Shown piece after piece: positions 43,368 to 54,516 of a DNA stretch of 64,000 nucleotides (positions within the stretch are counted from its first letter, which is position 1; every line of letters begins with the position of its first letter). Both the position numbers and the translations under genes were made by a program. The DNA comes from an uncultured delta proteobacterium. GTDB lineage: Bacteria; Desulfobacterota; Binatia; UBA9968. The notes beneath the pieces are model-generated. The model ran no database searches. It worked only from the letters and a program-made list of their open reading frames with translations, and was not told the DNA's origin. Where the stretch lies: positions 143,974-207,973 of the forward strand of contig CAWDPO010000004.1 of assembly GCA_963804165.1 (NCBI GenBank). The letters run 5' to 3'.

Positions 43368-44166
43368 ATGGCGTTGATCGTGTTGACCTCGGCGGCCGGA
43401 TCTCCGGGGGTGACGACCACCGCGGTGGGTTTGGCGTTGACCTGGCCGCGGCCGGTGCTGTTGGTGGAGGCCGACCCGACGGGCGGCTCGGCGGTGCTGG
43501 CCGGCTACTTCCGGGGGGGCACCGGCCACCCGGCGGGGTTGATCGATCTGGCCTGGGCGGACCGGCAGGGTTCGCTCGCCGCCACCCTGCCCGGGTTGAC
43601 CATGCCCATCCCGGATTCGCAGGCCGTCCTGCTGCCGGGGGTCCGGGCCCATGGGCAGTCCCGACAGCCTGGTCGGACTGTGGGAGTCGCTGACCGCGAC
43701 GCTGAAAGGTTTGGAGTCGACGGGCCAGGACGTGCTGGTCGACGCCGGCCGGCTCGGCCTGACCGGTTCACCGGAGCCGCTGATCTTCGGCGCCGACCTG
43801 ACGTTGTTGACGGTGCGGACCGATCTGGTGGCGCTGTCGGCGGCCCGGTCGTGGGCGGAGACGTTGCGTCGAGGATTCGACGCAGCACGGGCGCGGCGGG
43901 CCGGCTGGGTCTGCTGCTGGTCGGGGACGGCCGCCCCTACGGGGCGCGGGAGGTGTCGAAGGTTCTGCAGCTGCCGGTGACGGCGGCGCTGCCGTGGGAT
44001 CCGGAGGGGGCGGCGGTGTTCTCCCGCGGCGCAACCCCGCCGCGCCGGTTCGACCGGTCCCCGCTGACCCGAGGCCTCCGGGCCGCGCCGCCGCGGCGAT
44101 CGACGCAACCGGTCGACCGCACCCGGGACCAGCCTCGACACGGCCGCTGCGGGGGTGCGGTCGTGA
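43368..44166 (+). CDS. ParA/MinD-like (CpaE/TadZ-like) protein with degenerate Walker A (frameshifted)
   Basis: LTSAAGSPGVTTTA, LLVEADPTGG, DVLVDAGRL and LPWDP. Confidence 0.75.
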
Positions 44167-44778
44167 ACCGCGCACGCCTGAGCGAATCGCCCGAGGAGCC
44201 GGCGGATCCGGCGGAGCTGCCACTGTTCGCCGCCGACGGCACGCAGCCGGCCCGGCCGGGCCGGGTGCGGTCCCGGTTCTCGATGAGGGTCGACACCGTG
44301 CCCACCCCAGCGATGCACGCCGCCGACCGCTTCCCGGGCGGCCACATCACCGCGGTCCACGCGTGCCCACGCAGTGGACCCGGCCGGTTCCGTCCGGCTG
44401 GGCCGGTGGGCGACGGGATGGATTGGTCGCAGGTGGCGATTCTTCCGGTCGCAGGCCTCGGATCGGCTGAGCGCGGCGCTGGGCGAGGGGCTGGGCCGGC
44501 TGGATCGGGACGGGCAGCGGGAGCTGGGCCGGGCGATCATTCTCGAGCTGCTGCAGGCCGAGGCCGCGGCCCGCATCTCCGAAGGGGTGGAGCCGTGGAC
44601 GGCCGGTGGAGCAGGATCGGCTGGCCGCGGGCGGTGTTCGACGCCTTGTTCGGGCTGGGCCGGCTGCAGCCGCTGGTCGATGACGACCGGGTCGAGAACA
44701 TCATCATCACCGGCCACGAAACGGTCCGGCTGGAGCTGACCGACGGCACCATCATTCCCGGCGACCCGGTCGCGGGGC
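44163..44778 (+). CDS. CpaF/TadA-like secretion ATPase, N-terminal fragment truncated at a junction
   Basis: AVFDALFGLGRLQPLVDDDRVENIIITG...DGT...GDPVA. The sequence switches before the Walker motifs. Confidence 0.8.
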
Positions 44779-45685
44779 ACCTGAGCACCAGCTGGCCGCC
44801 GCGGCGGCCCAGCCAGAGCGGGTGGCCGGGGCGGATCTCCACGCCGTAGAGCACCTCGCCCACGCCGCAGGCCTCGAGCGCCGGCCGCAGGTGGTCGTGG
44901 CGTCCCACCGAGACGCCGCCGGTGGTGACGAGCAGGTCGGGGGCCTTGCCGTCGCGGCCGTCGAGGATGCCGCCGACGGCGTCGATGGTCGCCTGGAGGT
45001 CGTCGGGCACGACGGCGCGCGCCACCAGCTCGGCGCCGGCGGCCTCGGCCTGGGCGGCCACGCCGGGCCGGTTGGCGTCGTACACCTGGCCCGGCCCCAG
45101 CTCCTCCCCGGCCGGGACGACCTCGTCGCCGCTGCCGACCACGGCGACCCGCGGACGGCGGATGCAGGCGACCTCGGCGTGGCCGGCGCCGGCGACGACG
45201 GCGACCTCGTGGGCGCCGACCACCCGGCCGGCGAACAGGAGCACCTGGCCGGCGCGAACGTCCTCGCCCCGGTCGCGGACGAACACGCCGGGCTCGGGGT
45301 CGGCGAGGGCGCGCACCAGCTCCCCCTCCTCCACGGCGTCCTCCACGCGGAGGATCGCGTCGGCGCCGTCGGGCAGCTCGGCGCCGGTGGAGATGCGCAC
45401 CGCCTCGCGGGCGGCCAGCGACGGCGCGAAGGGCGCGCCCGCCCGGCTCTCGCCGACCAGGCGCACCACGCCGGCGCCCGCAACGTCGGCCGCGCGCAGG
45501 GCGTAGCCGTCCATGGCCGAGTTGGTGAAGGCGGGATGGTCGCCGCGGGCGAGCACGTCCTCGGCGAGGACCCGGCCCGCGAGCTCCTCGAGCGGGACCG
45601 TCTCGGCCGGCAGGTGGAGGGCGAGGGCGCGGACCTGGGCGAGCGCCTCGTCGAAGGTGACGTCCCGGAGCGCGGCCGTGGTCAT
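44779..45685 (-). CDS. moeA: Molybdopterin molybdotransferase, 3'-truncated
   Basis: GRVLAEDV, FTNSAMDGYA, ISTGA.LP.GAD, SGDEV, TTGGVSVG..D and IRPG.P. It stops where LPGNP is expected. Confidence 0.92.
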
Positions 45686-45692
45686 GCGCGGA

Positions 45693-46736
45693 TCATCGCA
45701 GGCGCTCCCGCAGCGCGAGCACCCGCGCGACCGACGCCTCGGCGTCGGCGCGCGCGGCCGGGTCGGAGGCGATCTCGGCTCGGAGGGCGCGGGCGGCGGC
45801 GGCGCCGTTCCCGAGGCCGGTGTACATGACCAGGTCGCTGCCGGCGCCGGCGGCCCGCACGGCGACCGCGCCGGGCCCGCCGACCGGTGCCAGCGCCGGC
45901 GTGTCGAGCGCGTCGGTCACGCTGACCCCGGCGAAGCCGAGGCGGCCGCGCAGCTCGCCGCTGGCGATGCGGCGCGACAGCGCCGCCGGGGTGCCGGGTC
46001 GAGCGCCGGGTAGACGGCCGTGCCCAGCATCACGAGGGGGACGCCGCGGCGGATCAGCGCGGCGAAGGGGGCCATGTCGACCCTGCGCAGCTCGCGGGCC
46101 GGCAGGTCGATGCGGACCGGGGCGGCGTCGGTCGTCTCCTGGGCGGCGCCGAGCCCCGGGAAGTGCTTGGCCGTCGCCGCGACGCCGGCGCCGGCGAGGC
46201 CCTGCGAGAAGGCGACGGCCGCGCCGGCGACCGCGGGGGCCGTCGTCCCGAAGAGCCGGCCGGCGCCGGCGAGCGCGGAGCCGGGCCGGGCGACGTCGGC
46301 GACCGGAGCCAGGTCAACGTTCGCCCCGACGCCGTGCAGCAGGCGGCCCGCGGCGGCGCCGGCCGCCCGCGCCGAGGCCGGCCCCGCCGCGCCGATCTCC
46401 ACCGGCCGGCGGGCGGGCGGGCCGGGGAGGCGCCGCACCAGGCCGCCCTCCTGGTCGACCATGACGAGCAGCGGCGCCCGCAGGCCGGCCGGGCGCGGGA
46501 TGGACTGGAGGCGGGCGATCAGGGTGCGGGCGCCGTCGAGCCCGGCGATGTTCCCTCCGAGCAGCAGCACCGCCCCGGCCTCGCCGCGGGCGATGCGGGC
46601 CGTCAGCTCGGCCGGCGGGGTCGTCCCGGGGAAGCCGTAGACCACGCGCTGGCCGGCGAGCTGGGCAGGCGTCAGGCCGGCCGCCGTGGAGGGCGCCAGG
46701 GCGACCAGCTAGCGCCGTGACGAGGCCGCCGATCAC
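45693..46736 (-). CDS. Glycoside hydrolase family 3 (NagZ-like; frameshifted)
   Basis: MVDQEGG.VRR, DLAPVADV, TAKHFPGLG and TDAL. Confidence 0.85.
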
Positions 46737-46749
46737 GGCCCGGCGGAGG

Positions 46750-47145
46750 TCAGTCCTCCCCGCGCTCCTCGAAGTCGAGCGAGGCCGAGTTGATGCAGTA
46801 GCGCAGCCCCGTCGGCTGGGGGCCGTCGGGGAAGACGTGGCCCAGGTGGGCGCCGCAGCTGCGGCACACGACCTCGGTGCGGACCATCCCGAGGCTCGTG
46901 TCGGGGCGGTCCTCGACCGCCTCGCCCGCGGCGGGCTCGTAGAAGCTCGGCCAGCCCGTCCCCGACTCGAACTTCGTGTCCGAGTCGAAGAGCGGCTCGC
47001 CGCAGACCACGCAGGTGTAGGTGCCGTCCTCGTGGTGCTCGGCGTAGCGGCCGGTGAACGGCCGCTCTGTGGCCCCCTCCTGGGTTACTGCATACTGCTC
47101 GGGCGTGAGGCGCTCGCGAAGCTCGGCGTGGCGATCGTCCGGCAT
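46750..47145 (-). CDS. msrB: Peptide-methionine (R)-S-oxide reductase
   Basis: [36 protein letters not shown] and RYCINSASL. Confidence 0.96.
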   Translation of the reverse strand: MPDDRHAELRERLTPEQYAVTQEGATERPFTGRYAEHHEDGTYTCVVCGEPLFDSDTKFESGTGWPSFYEPAAGEAVEDRPDTSLGMVRTEVVCRSCGAHLGHVFPDGPQPTGLRYCINSASLDFEERGED

Positions 47146-47245
47146 GTCGTCCCCCCCGGTCGGCTCGGGATCCGTCACCCCGGCATGGTCCCACAGACGC
47201 GCCGCCCTGCGCCTCCTGGCCCCGGTCGTCGCCATCCTGGCGGCG

Positions 47246-48209
47246 ATGGCGGGAGCCGTCCTGGCGTCCGCCGCGCGCTCGCCCGGGGTGCCGCCGCCCG
47301 ACCCCGAGCGCTGGGCCCGGCCGGCCGCCGACCGGCTCGCCGCCGAGGGCCTGTGGCCCGAGCTCGCCGGCGCCGACCTGGGCCGCGACGCCGTGCGCGC
47401 CGACCTCGACCGCGCCGTCGCCATCCTGACGGGGGTGCCCGTCGCGGATCCGGCGCCCGCCGCGCCGGCCTCGGCGTGGGTGGTCAACCGGCGCATCGTC
47501 GCGGCGCTCGGCCTCGAGCCCGAGCGGCTCGCCCTGCAGGCCCTGGCGACGGAGGACGGCCGGCGCATCCCGCTGCCGCCCAACTTCGGCTCGGAGGTGC
47601 TGGCGCGCGAGCTCGGGCTGGTGCACAACCGACGTCGCGACGAGGTGGAGCGCGCGATGGGCGAGCCGGTGCGCCTGGCCGACCTTGCGAGCATGGTCGA
47701 TCGGGCTCGGGCGCTCACGCCGGAGGACCGCGCCCGCGTGGCGCTCTTCCGCGACATCCGCCTGCCCGCCATGAGCGGCGCCCAGGTCGCCGTGGTGACG
47801 CGCCGCCCTCGGCCAGGTTGGCCAGCCCTACGTCTGGGGCGGCGACTGGCCCACCCCGCGCTCGCCGGTCGGGCCCCAGGCCCACGGCGGCTTCGACTGC
47901 TCGGGGCTGGCCTGGTGGGCCTTCGCGCAGGCGGGCCTGGGGGACGCGCTGAGCCGGCGCACCGCGAATCACATGGCCTTCGAGCGGCCGCGGGCGCGCT
48001 CGCGCGTCGAGGCCCTCGCGCCGGGCGACCTGGTGTTCTTCGGCGACCGGGGGCGGCGGGTGAAGCGGGGAGGGATCTCCCACATGGGGATCGTGCTCGG
48101 CAACGGCTGGATGGCCCAGTCCTCCGGCTCCCGGGCCGGGGTCTCGGTGACCTACCTCCCGGAGTACTGGCCCGAGGGGCAGGCGTTCGGGAGGCGCATG
48201 CCGGGATAG
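47246..48209 (+). CDS. NlpC/P60 (C40) peptidase, secreted (frameshifted, start approximate)
   Basis: [19 protein letters not shown] and [10 protein letters not shown]. Confidence 0.85.
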
Positions 48210-48278
48210 GCGGGGAATGGCCGCGCACTCCGCGGCGTCATCAGTGGCAGGTCCACCACCATCGAAAGGGAACCTGCC

Positions 48279-49296
48279 ATGACCAGCACCTCCATTCGCC
48301 CGATGATCCGCCGCCGCTCCGTCGCCGGCCTGCTCGCCGCCGGTGCACTCCTGGCCGCGGGCGCGGGACTCGCCGCCGACCGCGCCGACGCGGCCGTCTC
48401 GGCCCAGGTGGCCAACGGCGTCCTGCTCGTCAACGGCGACCGCGACTCCGACACGATCACGCTCCGCCTGCAGGCCGGCGTCCCGACCGTCGTCGAGCTC
48501 GACGACGACGCGGACGGGGCCGCCGACGCGAGCTTCGACCGGGCCACCTTCGACCGCATCGTGGTCACGAGCCGCGGCGGCGACGACACCGTCCGGATCG
48601 ACGACGCCAACGGCACCTTCACCGACACCGAGTCCACGACCGTCTTCGCCGGCGCCGGCGACGACACGCTCCTGGGCGGCGGCGGCGCGGAGCTCCTCTT
48701 CGGCGGCCCCGGCGATGACACGGCCGACGGCAACCGCGGCAACGACACCGGCATCATGGGGTCCGGCCACGACGTCTTCACCTGGGACCCGGGTGACGGC
48801 AGCGACGTCATCGAGGGCCAGGCTGGCTACGACACCATGGACTTCAACGGCGCCGCAGGCGACGAGATCTTCGACGCCTCGGCGAACGGGCAGCGCCTGC
48901 GGTTCCTCCGGAACGTCGGCAACATCACCATGGACGCCGACGGCGTGGAGAAGGTCGACCTCGACGCGCTCGGTGGCGCGGACACCACGACGGTGAACGA
49001 CCTGTCCGGCACCGACGTGAAGAAGGTCTACGTCAACCTCGCGGGCGCGATCGGCGGCACGGCCGGCGACGCCGCGGCCGACTCGGTGGTGGTCAACGCC
49101 ACCCCGGGCGACGACGAGATCGACATCCGGCCGCGCTCCGGCCGCGCCGTCCTCTCGGGGCTCTCAGCGAAGGTCACCATCGCCTCGCCCGAGGCGGCGA
49201 ACGACACGCTCACGGTCAACGCCCTCGGCGGCGAGGACACCGTCCGCCTCGGCAACGGGCCTGAGCGGGCTCATCCGCACCACCGTCAACGCGTAG
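48279..49296 (+). CDS. Secreted calcium-binding RTX-like repeat protein
   Basis: Signal peptide followed by GAGDDTLLGGGG, GGPGDDT, GNRGNDT and WDPGDGSDVIEG. A frameshift near the 3' end puts the inferred stop at 49296. Confidence 0.8.
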
Positions 49297-49320
49297 CCGA
49301 CGCGAGCTCGGCGGCGCGGG

Positions 49321-49629
49321 TCAGGCCGAGTCAGGCCCGCCCGCGCCGTCCTGCTCCACGACGAGCTCGCGCACCCGCAGCGTGCCCACGTCGAGCTCCC
49401 CGACCGACAGGGCGCCGAAGGACGCGCGCTGGACCGCGAGCCGCCTGATCGCCAGGCGGCCGATGGCCATCGCGCCGACCGCGAGGGCCCCGACGGCCAG
49501 GGCGCCGACGGCCAACGCGCCCACCGCCAGGGCGCCGGTGGAGGCGGCCCCGACGGAGGCCGTGTTCAGCTGCACGTCGTCCGGCAGCGTGGCCCTCAGA
49601 CGCGGCAGGGTGGTGGGAATGGACGGCAT
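49321..49629 (-). CDS. Small protein with GALAV pentapeptide repeats
   Basis: GALAV x4, then GAMAI and GRLAI. A GGAGAG RBS lies upstream. Confidence 0.65.
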   Translation of the reverse strand: MPSIPTTLPRLRATLPDDVQLNTASVGAASTGALAVGALAVGALAVGALAVGAMAIGRLAIRRLAVQRASFGALSVGELDVGTLRVRELVVEQDGAGGPDSA

Positions 49630-49660
49630 GGCGCTCTCCTCGGTCGGGATGGGTCGTCGG

Positions 49661-50308
49661 TCAGCCGCTGCGGAGGAAGGCGAGCACCGCCAGCACGCGC
49701 CGGTGGGCCCCCTCCGACGACGTCAGGCCCAGCTTGCCGAAGATGTTCGAGACGTGCTTCTCGACGGCCCCCTCGGTGACCACCATCGCCTCGGCGATGG
49801 CCGCGTTCGAGCGCCCCTCGGCCATGAGCTCGAGGACCTCCCGCTCGCGCGGGGTGAGGTCGGCCAGCGTCGAGGCCCTCCCCCGCCGCGCCACGAGCTG
49901 GGCCACGACCTCCGGGTCCATCGCCGTCCCGCCGTCGGCCACCCGCCGGACGGCCTCGACGAAGTCGGCCGGGTCGGCGATCCGCTCCTTCAGCAGGTAG
50001 CCCACCCCGCCCGCGCCGTCGGCCAGCAGCTCGACGGCGTAGGTCTGCTCCACGTACTGCGAGACCACGAGGACCGCCGTGCCCGGCACGCGGCGGCGGG
50101 CCTCGAGCGCGGCGCGCAGCCCCTCGTCGCGGAAGCTCGGGGGGAGGCGGACGTCGACCACGGCCACGTCCGGGCGCTCGCGCGCCACGGCCTCCACGAG
50201 GGCCTCGCCGTCCTCCACGGCGGCGACCACCTCCATCCCGCTGTCGCGGAGCAGGCGGACGATGCCGTCGCGGAGGAGGGCGAGGTCCTCGGCGATCACG
50301 ACCCGCAT
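49661..50308 (-). CDS. NarL/LuxR-family response regulator
   Basis: MRVVIAED, VVDVRLPP, GYLLK and LTPREREVLELMAEGRSN. Confidence 0.93.
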   Translation of the reverse strand: MRVVIAEDLALLRDGIVRLLRDSGMEVVAAVEDGEALVEAVARERPDVAVVDVRLPPSFRDEGLRAALEARRRVPGTAVLVVSQYVEQTYAVELLADGAGGVGYLLKERIADPADFVEAVRRVADGGTAMDPEVVAQLVARRGRASTLADLTPREREVLELMAEGRSNAAIAEAMVVTEGAVEKHVSNIFGKLGLTSSEGAHRRVLAVLAFLRSG

Positions 50309-51985
50309 GGCAGCTCCGCCGTGAGGATCGTGCCCCGGCCCGGGGGGCTGTCGACGACCAGGCGCCCGTCGTGGGCCTCGACCCGCCGGCGCAGGCCGGT
50401 GAGGCCGTCCCCGGCCGGGTCGGCGCCGCCGATCCCGTCGTCGGCCACCCGCACCGACAGCAGGTCGTCGCGCCGGGCCACGTCGATGCGCACCGAGGTC
50501 GCGCCGCTGTGCTTGGCCGCGTTGGCGAGCGCCTCGGCGACCGTGAAGTAGGCGGCGGCCTCGAGCGCGGGGTCGAGGCGCCCCCCGGCGTCGACGTTCA
50601 GCTCGACCGGCAGGCGGCTCGCGCCGGCGAGCGACCCGAGGGCGGCCTCCAGGCCCCGGTCGGTCAGGACCGCCGGGTGGATGCCGCGCGCCAGGTCGCG
50701 CAGCTCGACGATCGCGCGCTTGGCCTCGTCGTGGGCGCGGGTGACCTGCTCGCGCACCTCGGCGTCCTCGACCTTCTCCTTGGCCAGGCCGAGGTCCATC
50801 GCCAGCGCGACCAGGCGCGCCTGGGCGCCGTCGTGCAGGTCGCGCTCGATGCGCCGCAGCTCCGCCGCCTGGGCGTCGACCGCCCCGGCGCGGGTCTCCT
50901 GGAGCACCTCGATCCGCTCGGTCGCCTCGGCCTCCTGCCGGCGGCCGGCGGTCGCCTGGATCGCCGCGTGGATCGCGAACGGGAGCGACCAGGAACAGGA
51001 AGGTCCAGACCGGCCAGAAGTAGCCGCCAGGGGTCGTCACCGCCCAGATGAGGGTGAGGAACAGGGCGAGCAGCCCCACGACGCCCGCGTGGCGGGCCAG
51101 GGCGACGCCGCGCGGCCCGAGGTCGGGCAGCAGCGACGGCGTGAGCACCCAGACGGCGTGGATCCCGAGCGCCGTCCGAAGCACCAGCATCGGCCAGAAG
51201 GGCCAGAAGTAGCCGCCCGGCGTCGTCGCCGCCCAGATGATGGTCAGGGCGACGCTGATCGCGCCGGAGACCGTCGCGTGGACGCCGAGGGCACGGCCGT
51301 GGCGGCGCCGGCGGCCGCCGGCTCGAGCGCCAGGCCGTCGCCCGCGCGCGCGGGCGGGCCGCGGCTCGCGGGCCTCGCCGACGCCGAGGACGCTCCGCGC
51401 CAGGGCCGCCGCAGAGGCTCCCGAACGCCGTCACCAGCGGGACCGAGAGGACCAGGAGCAGCGCGCCGAGCGGGACGAGCAGGAGCGCCTCGCCGAGGGT
51501 GTCGACGTCCCAGAAGCCGTAGCACCGGTCGCCGTCAGGCGTAGTAGTGGAACGGGGCGGTGAGCGCCTGGAGGCCCTGGAAGATGACGCCGAGGGCCAC
51601 GGATGCCGAGCGGCAGGCCGACGACGAAGCGCAGGAGCAGGTAGGCCTGCTCGCGCCACGAGGCCGGGTCGGTGAGCCAGTTCCAGAGGCTGCGGAACGG
51701 GTTGCCGGTCCAGACGGGCCGGGCGCCGCCCGCCAGGCGGGTGCCGAGGAGCGCGTCGGCCAGCATGCGCTCCAGGGCCGCGGCGCCGCGCACGGCGACG
51801 CCGAGGACCAGGAGCACCGGGATGCCGAGCAGCGTGATCAGCAGCCCGAGGCCGAGCGACCAGCCTGTGACCAGCAGGACGAACCAGGCGATCCCCAGGG
51901 GGATGCCGGCCACGAGGAACGCGAGTGCGCGCGGCGCGCGCCCCTCCATGAGGGGCGCGGCCACGTAGCGGTGGAAGATGCTCAT
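50296..51985 (-). CDS. HisKA_3 sensor histidine kinase with a multi-TM sensor region (frameshifted)
   Basis: IERDLHDGAQ, ARGIHP..L, EALANAAKH and DDGIGG. The N-terminus has two copies of WAxTTPGGYFWP. Confidence 0.9.
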
Positions 51986-54234
51986 CGCGGGTCCTCGATC
52001 GTACGAGCCGGCGGGGTGGTGCGCGGGCGCACCCGGGCGATCCGCGCGAGCCGCGGCGGCATCGTCCAGTTGCGCTCGCCGGCCACCCGCATGATGGCGG
52101 GGACGATCAGGCAGCGCACGAGCAGCGCGTCGATCGCCACGGCCGCGGCGAGGCCGAACCCGAACTCCTTCAGCGAGACGTCGGTACCGGTGGCGAAGCC
52201 CCCGAACGCGACCACCATGATCAGGGCGGCGGTCGCGATGACCCGCCCGGTGCTCGCGAGGCCCAGGCGCACCGCGCGCCGGTTGGGCTCGCCGCCGTCG
52301 CGCAGCTCGCGCATGCGCTCGACGAGGAACACCTGGTAGTCCATCGAGATGCCGAACAGGAACGCGAAGAGCATGACCGGCACCCACATCGCGATGCCGC
52401 GCACCTCGCCGTCCAGGCCCAGCAGGTCGGCGCCGACGCCCTGCTGGAACACCAGGTACAGCAGCCCGTAGGTGGCCAGCAGCGACAGCGCGGACATGAG
52501 CACCGCGACCAGCGGCACGAGCCACGAGCGGAACGCGCGCATGAGCGCGACGAAGGTCAGCACCAGGACGCCCACGACCAACCATGGGAACGGGCCGTAG
52601 AGCGCGTCGTTGAACTCGTTCTGGATGGCGGGCTCTCCCGTCAGCAGGACCCTGCCGCCGGGGACCGCGCCCGCGACGTCGGCCTTGCGCTCCTCCATAA
52701 GGTCGTTGAGCGAGCGCGCCGAGTCCGACAGCGGGTCGCCGCGCGGGGCCACCTGCATGAGGGCGTAGCGGCCGCTGTCGTCCACCAGCCCACCCTCGGC
52801 CGCGGCGCGGAACCGCTCCGGGTCACGGGTCGACGGCCAGGTGACGCCGCTGACCACCCCGTACTCGCTGCGGAAGTCGTCGGCGACGTCGCCGAGCCGG
52901 TCGATCGTCGCCGGGTCGTAGGCGCCGCCGGGCCGGCCGGTGTCGATGACGTAGGTGTCGGGGTTGAGCGTGCCGCCGAGCTCGGCGCGCACGATGCGGC
53001 CGGCCTGGACCGACTCCACGTTGGGGGCGTCGGCCAGCTCGTCCTGGTGGATGCTCAGGTTGGTCGACTGGCCCGCCAGGGCGACCAGCGCGATGAGCGC
53101 CACGGCCGCGACGGGGATGGCCCAGCCGGTGACGGCGCGGGCGATGGGGCCCCAGAGGGCCGCCTCGCGCAGGCGCCAGCGGCGCGGGTAGACGCGCAGG
53201 GCGTCGACGCGCGGGCCCAGGGCGCAGAGCACCGCGGGCAGCACGGTCAGCGCGGTCAGGACCGCGGCGACCGGCACGAGCATCCCGCCGATGCCCATCG
53301 AGCGCATGAACGGGATGGGGAGGGCGACGAGCACCGCCAGGCCGATGGCCACGGTGACGCCGGACAGCAGCACCGCGCGGCCGGCGGTGGCCATGGTGCG
53401 GGCGGTCGCCTCGACGCGGTCGGCGCCGGCCCGCATCTCCTCGCGGAAGCGCGAGACGACGAGCAGCGCGTAGTCGATGCCGATCGCGATGCCGACGAGC
53501 GTGATCACGTTCGTCACCAGGTCGGCGATCTCCATCGTCTGACCGAAGAGATAGGTCCCCGCGAACGCGAAGACGATCGCGACCCCGGCCATCAGCACCG
53601 GCAGCAGCGCGCTGACGAGGCTGCCGAAGAAGATCAGCAGGATCAGCAGCGCGATCGGCAGGACGATGGTCTCGGCCATCGCCAGGTCGTCGTTGAGGAC
53701 CGGCTCGAGGTCGTGCCAGACGGCCGCGTCGCCGCCCACCAGGGTCGGCGAGAAGCCCTCCGGCGAGCCCAGCGCGGCGCGGATGTCGCCGAGCCGGTCC
53801 ATCGCCTGGTCCTCGGGCAGGGGCACCGAGAGGGTGGCGAAGGTCATGTGGCCGTCCTGGCCCACGAGGTCGCGGCTGCCGGTGGAGAAGTAGGAGACGA
53901 CCCGGGTGCCCGGCACCACCTGGGCGGCGCGCTCGAGCGAGGCCGTGACCGCCCCCCGATAGGCCGGGTCGTCAACCGTCAGGTCCGGGTTGCGGAAGAC
54001 CGGTTGGATGTCGGTCGCCTCGCGACCGTCTGAGAAGTGCGTCTCGACGAGCTCGATGCCGCGGACGGCCTCGCTGCCCGGCAGGCTCTGCTCGTCGGTC
54101 GTCACGTCGCCGATGCGGCCTGCCAGCATGACCGCGCCGACGAGCAGGACGAGGAAGAGGGGGATGACGATCCACCTGCCGCGCGCCATGAGGCGGCCGT
54201 GGCGCTCGAGGATCGACGATCGGGGCGGGGGCAC
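51982..54234 (-). CDS. MmpL/RND family transporter
   Basis: GIDYALLVVSRFREE, AGRAVLLSG, GISMDY.VFLV.RMRE and TGRVI..AA.IM. The likely GTG start at 54234 follows a GAAGGGAG RBS. Confidence 0.93.
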   Translation of the reverse strand: MPPPRSSILERHGRLMARGRWIVIPLFLVLLVGAVMLAGRIGDVTTDEQSLPGSEAVRGIELVETHFSDGREATDIQPVFRNPDLTVDDPAYRGAVTASLERAAQVVPGTRVVSYFSTGSRDLVGQDGHMTFATLSVPLPEDQAMDRLGDIRAALGSPEGFSPTLVGGDAAVWHDLEPVLNDDLAMAETIVLPIALLILLIFFGSLVSALLPVLMAGVAIVFAFAGTYLFGQTMEIADLVTNVITLVGIAIGIDYALLVVSRFREEMRAGADRVEATARTMATAGRAVLLSGVTVAIGLAVLVALPIPFMRSMGIGGMLVPVAAVLTALTVLPAVLCALGPRVDALRVYPRRWRLREAALWGPIARAVTGWAIPVAAVALIALVALAGQSTNLSIHQDELADAPNVESVQAGRIVRAELGGTLNPDTYVIDTGRPGGAYDPATIDRLGDVADDFRSEYGVVSGVTWPSTRDPERFRAAAEGGLVDDSGRYALMQVAPRGDPLSDSARSLNDLMEERKADVAGAVPGGRVLLTGEPAIQNEFNDALYGPFPWLVVGVLVLTFVALMRAFRSWLVPLVAVLMSALSLLATYGLLYLVFQQGVGADLLGLDGEVRGIAMWVPVMLFAFLFGISMDYQVFLVERMRELRDGGEPNRRAVRLGLASTGRVIATAALIMVVAFGGFATGTDVSLKEFGFGLAAAVAIDALLVRCLIVPAIMRVAGERNWTMPPRLARIARVRPRTTPPARTIEDPR

Positions 54235-54348
54235 GGGCGCTCCCTTCTCGGTCGGGGATGGGTCGTCCCGAGCCTCGTCCCGCGGCGCCCGCGCCGGAAT
54301 GCGGCCAGCGGGCGTCGCGCCCTGACGGCTCCCGGCGTCCTCATGCGT

Positions 54349-54360
54349 GGGGCTAGCCCC
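54349..54360. promoter_or_regulatory. Perfect 12-bp palindrome upstream of the mmpL-HK-RR operon, a possible response-regulator site
   Basis: GGGGCTAGCCCC about 115 bp upstream of the mmpL start. A related inverted arm, gcgcccgggggggct, lies at ~54456-54470. Confidence 0.4.
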
Positions 54361-54516
54361 CCCCCCCGGGGCGCAAGATCTCCGGCCGGCCCCGGAGCGG
54401 CCGATCGTGATCGATCCGTAAGAATCGTAAGCCTGGTCACACGGGGGGGTGCCCCGCGCCCGGGGGGGCTGTAGGTTCGGCCGGTCCGGAGTGCGGGTCT
54501 CCCCGGGTGAGGTCAC

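Noticed and set aside
49661-51190. 509-aa membrane protein-response regulator fusion
   Set aside because: It results from a frameshift in the upstream kinase. The regulator starts at 50308.
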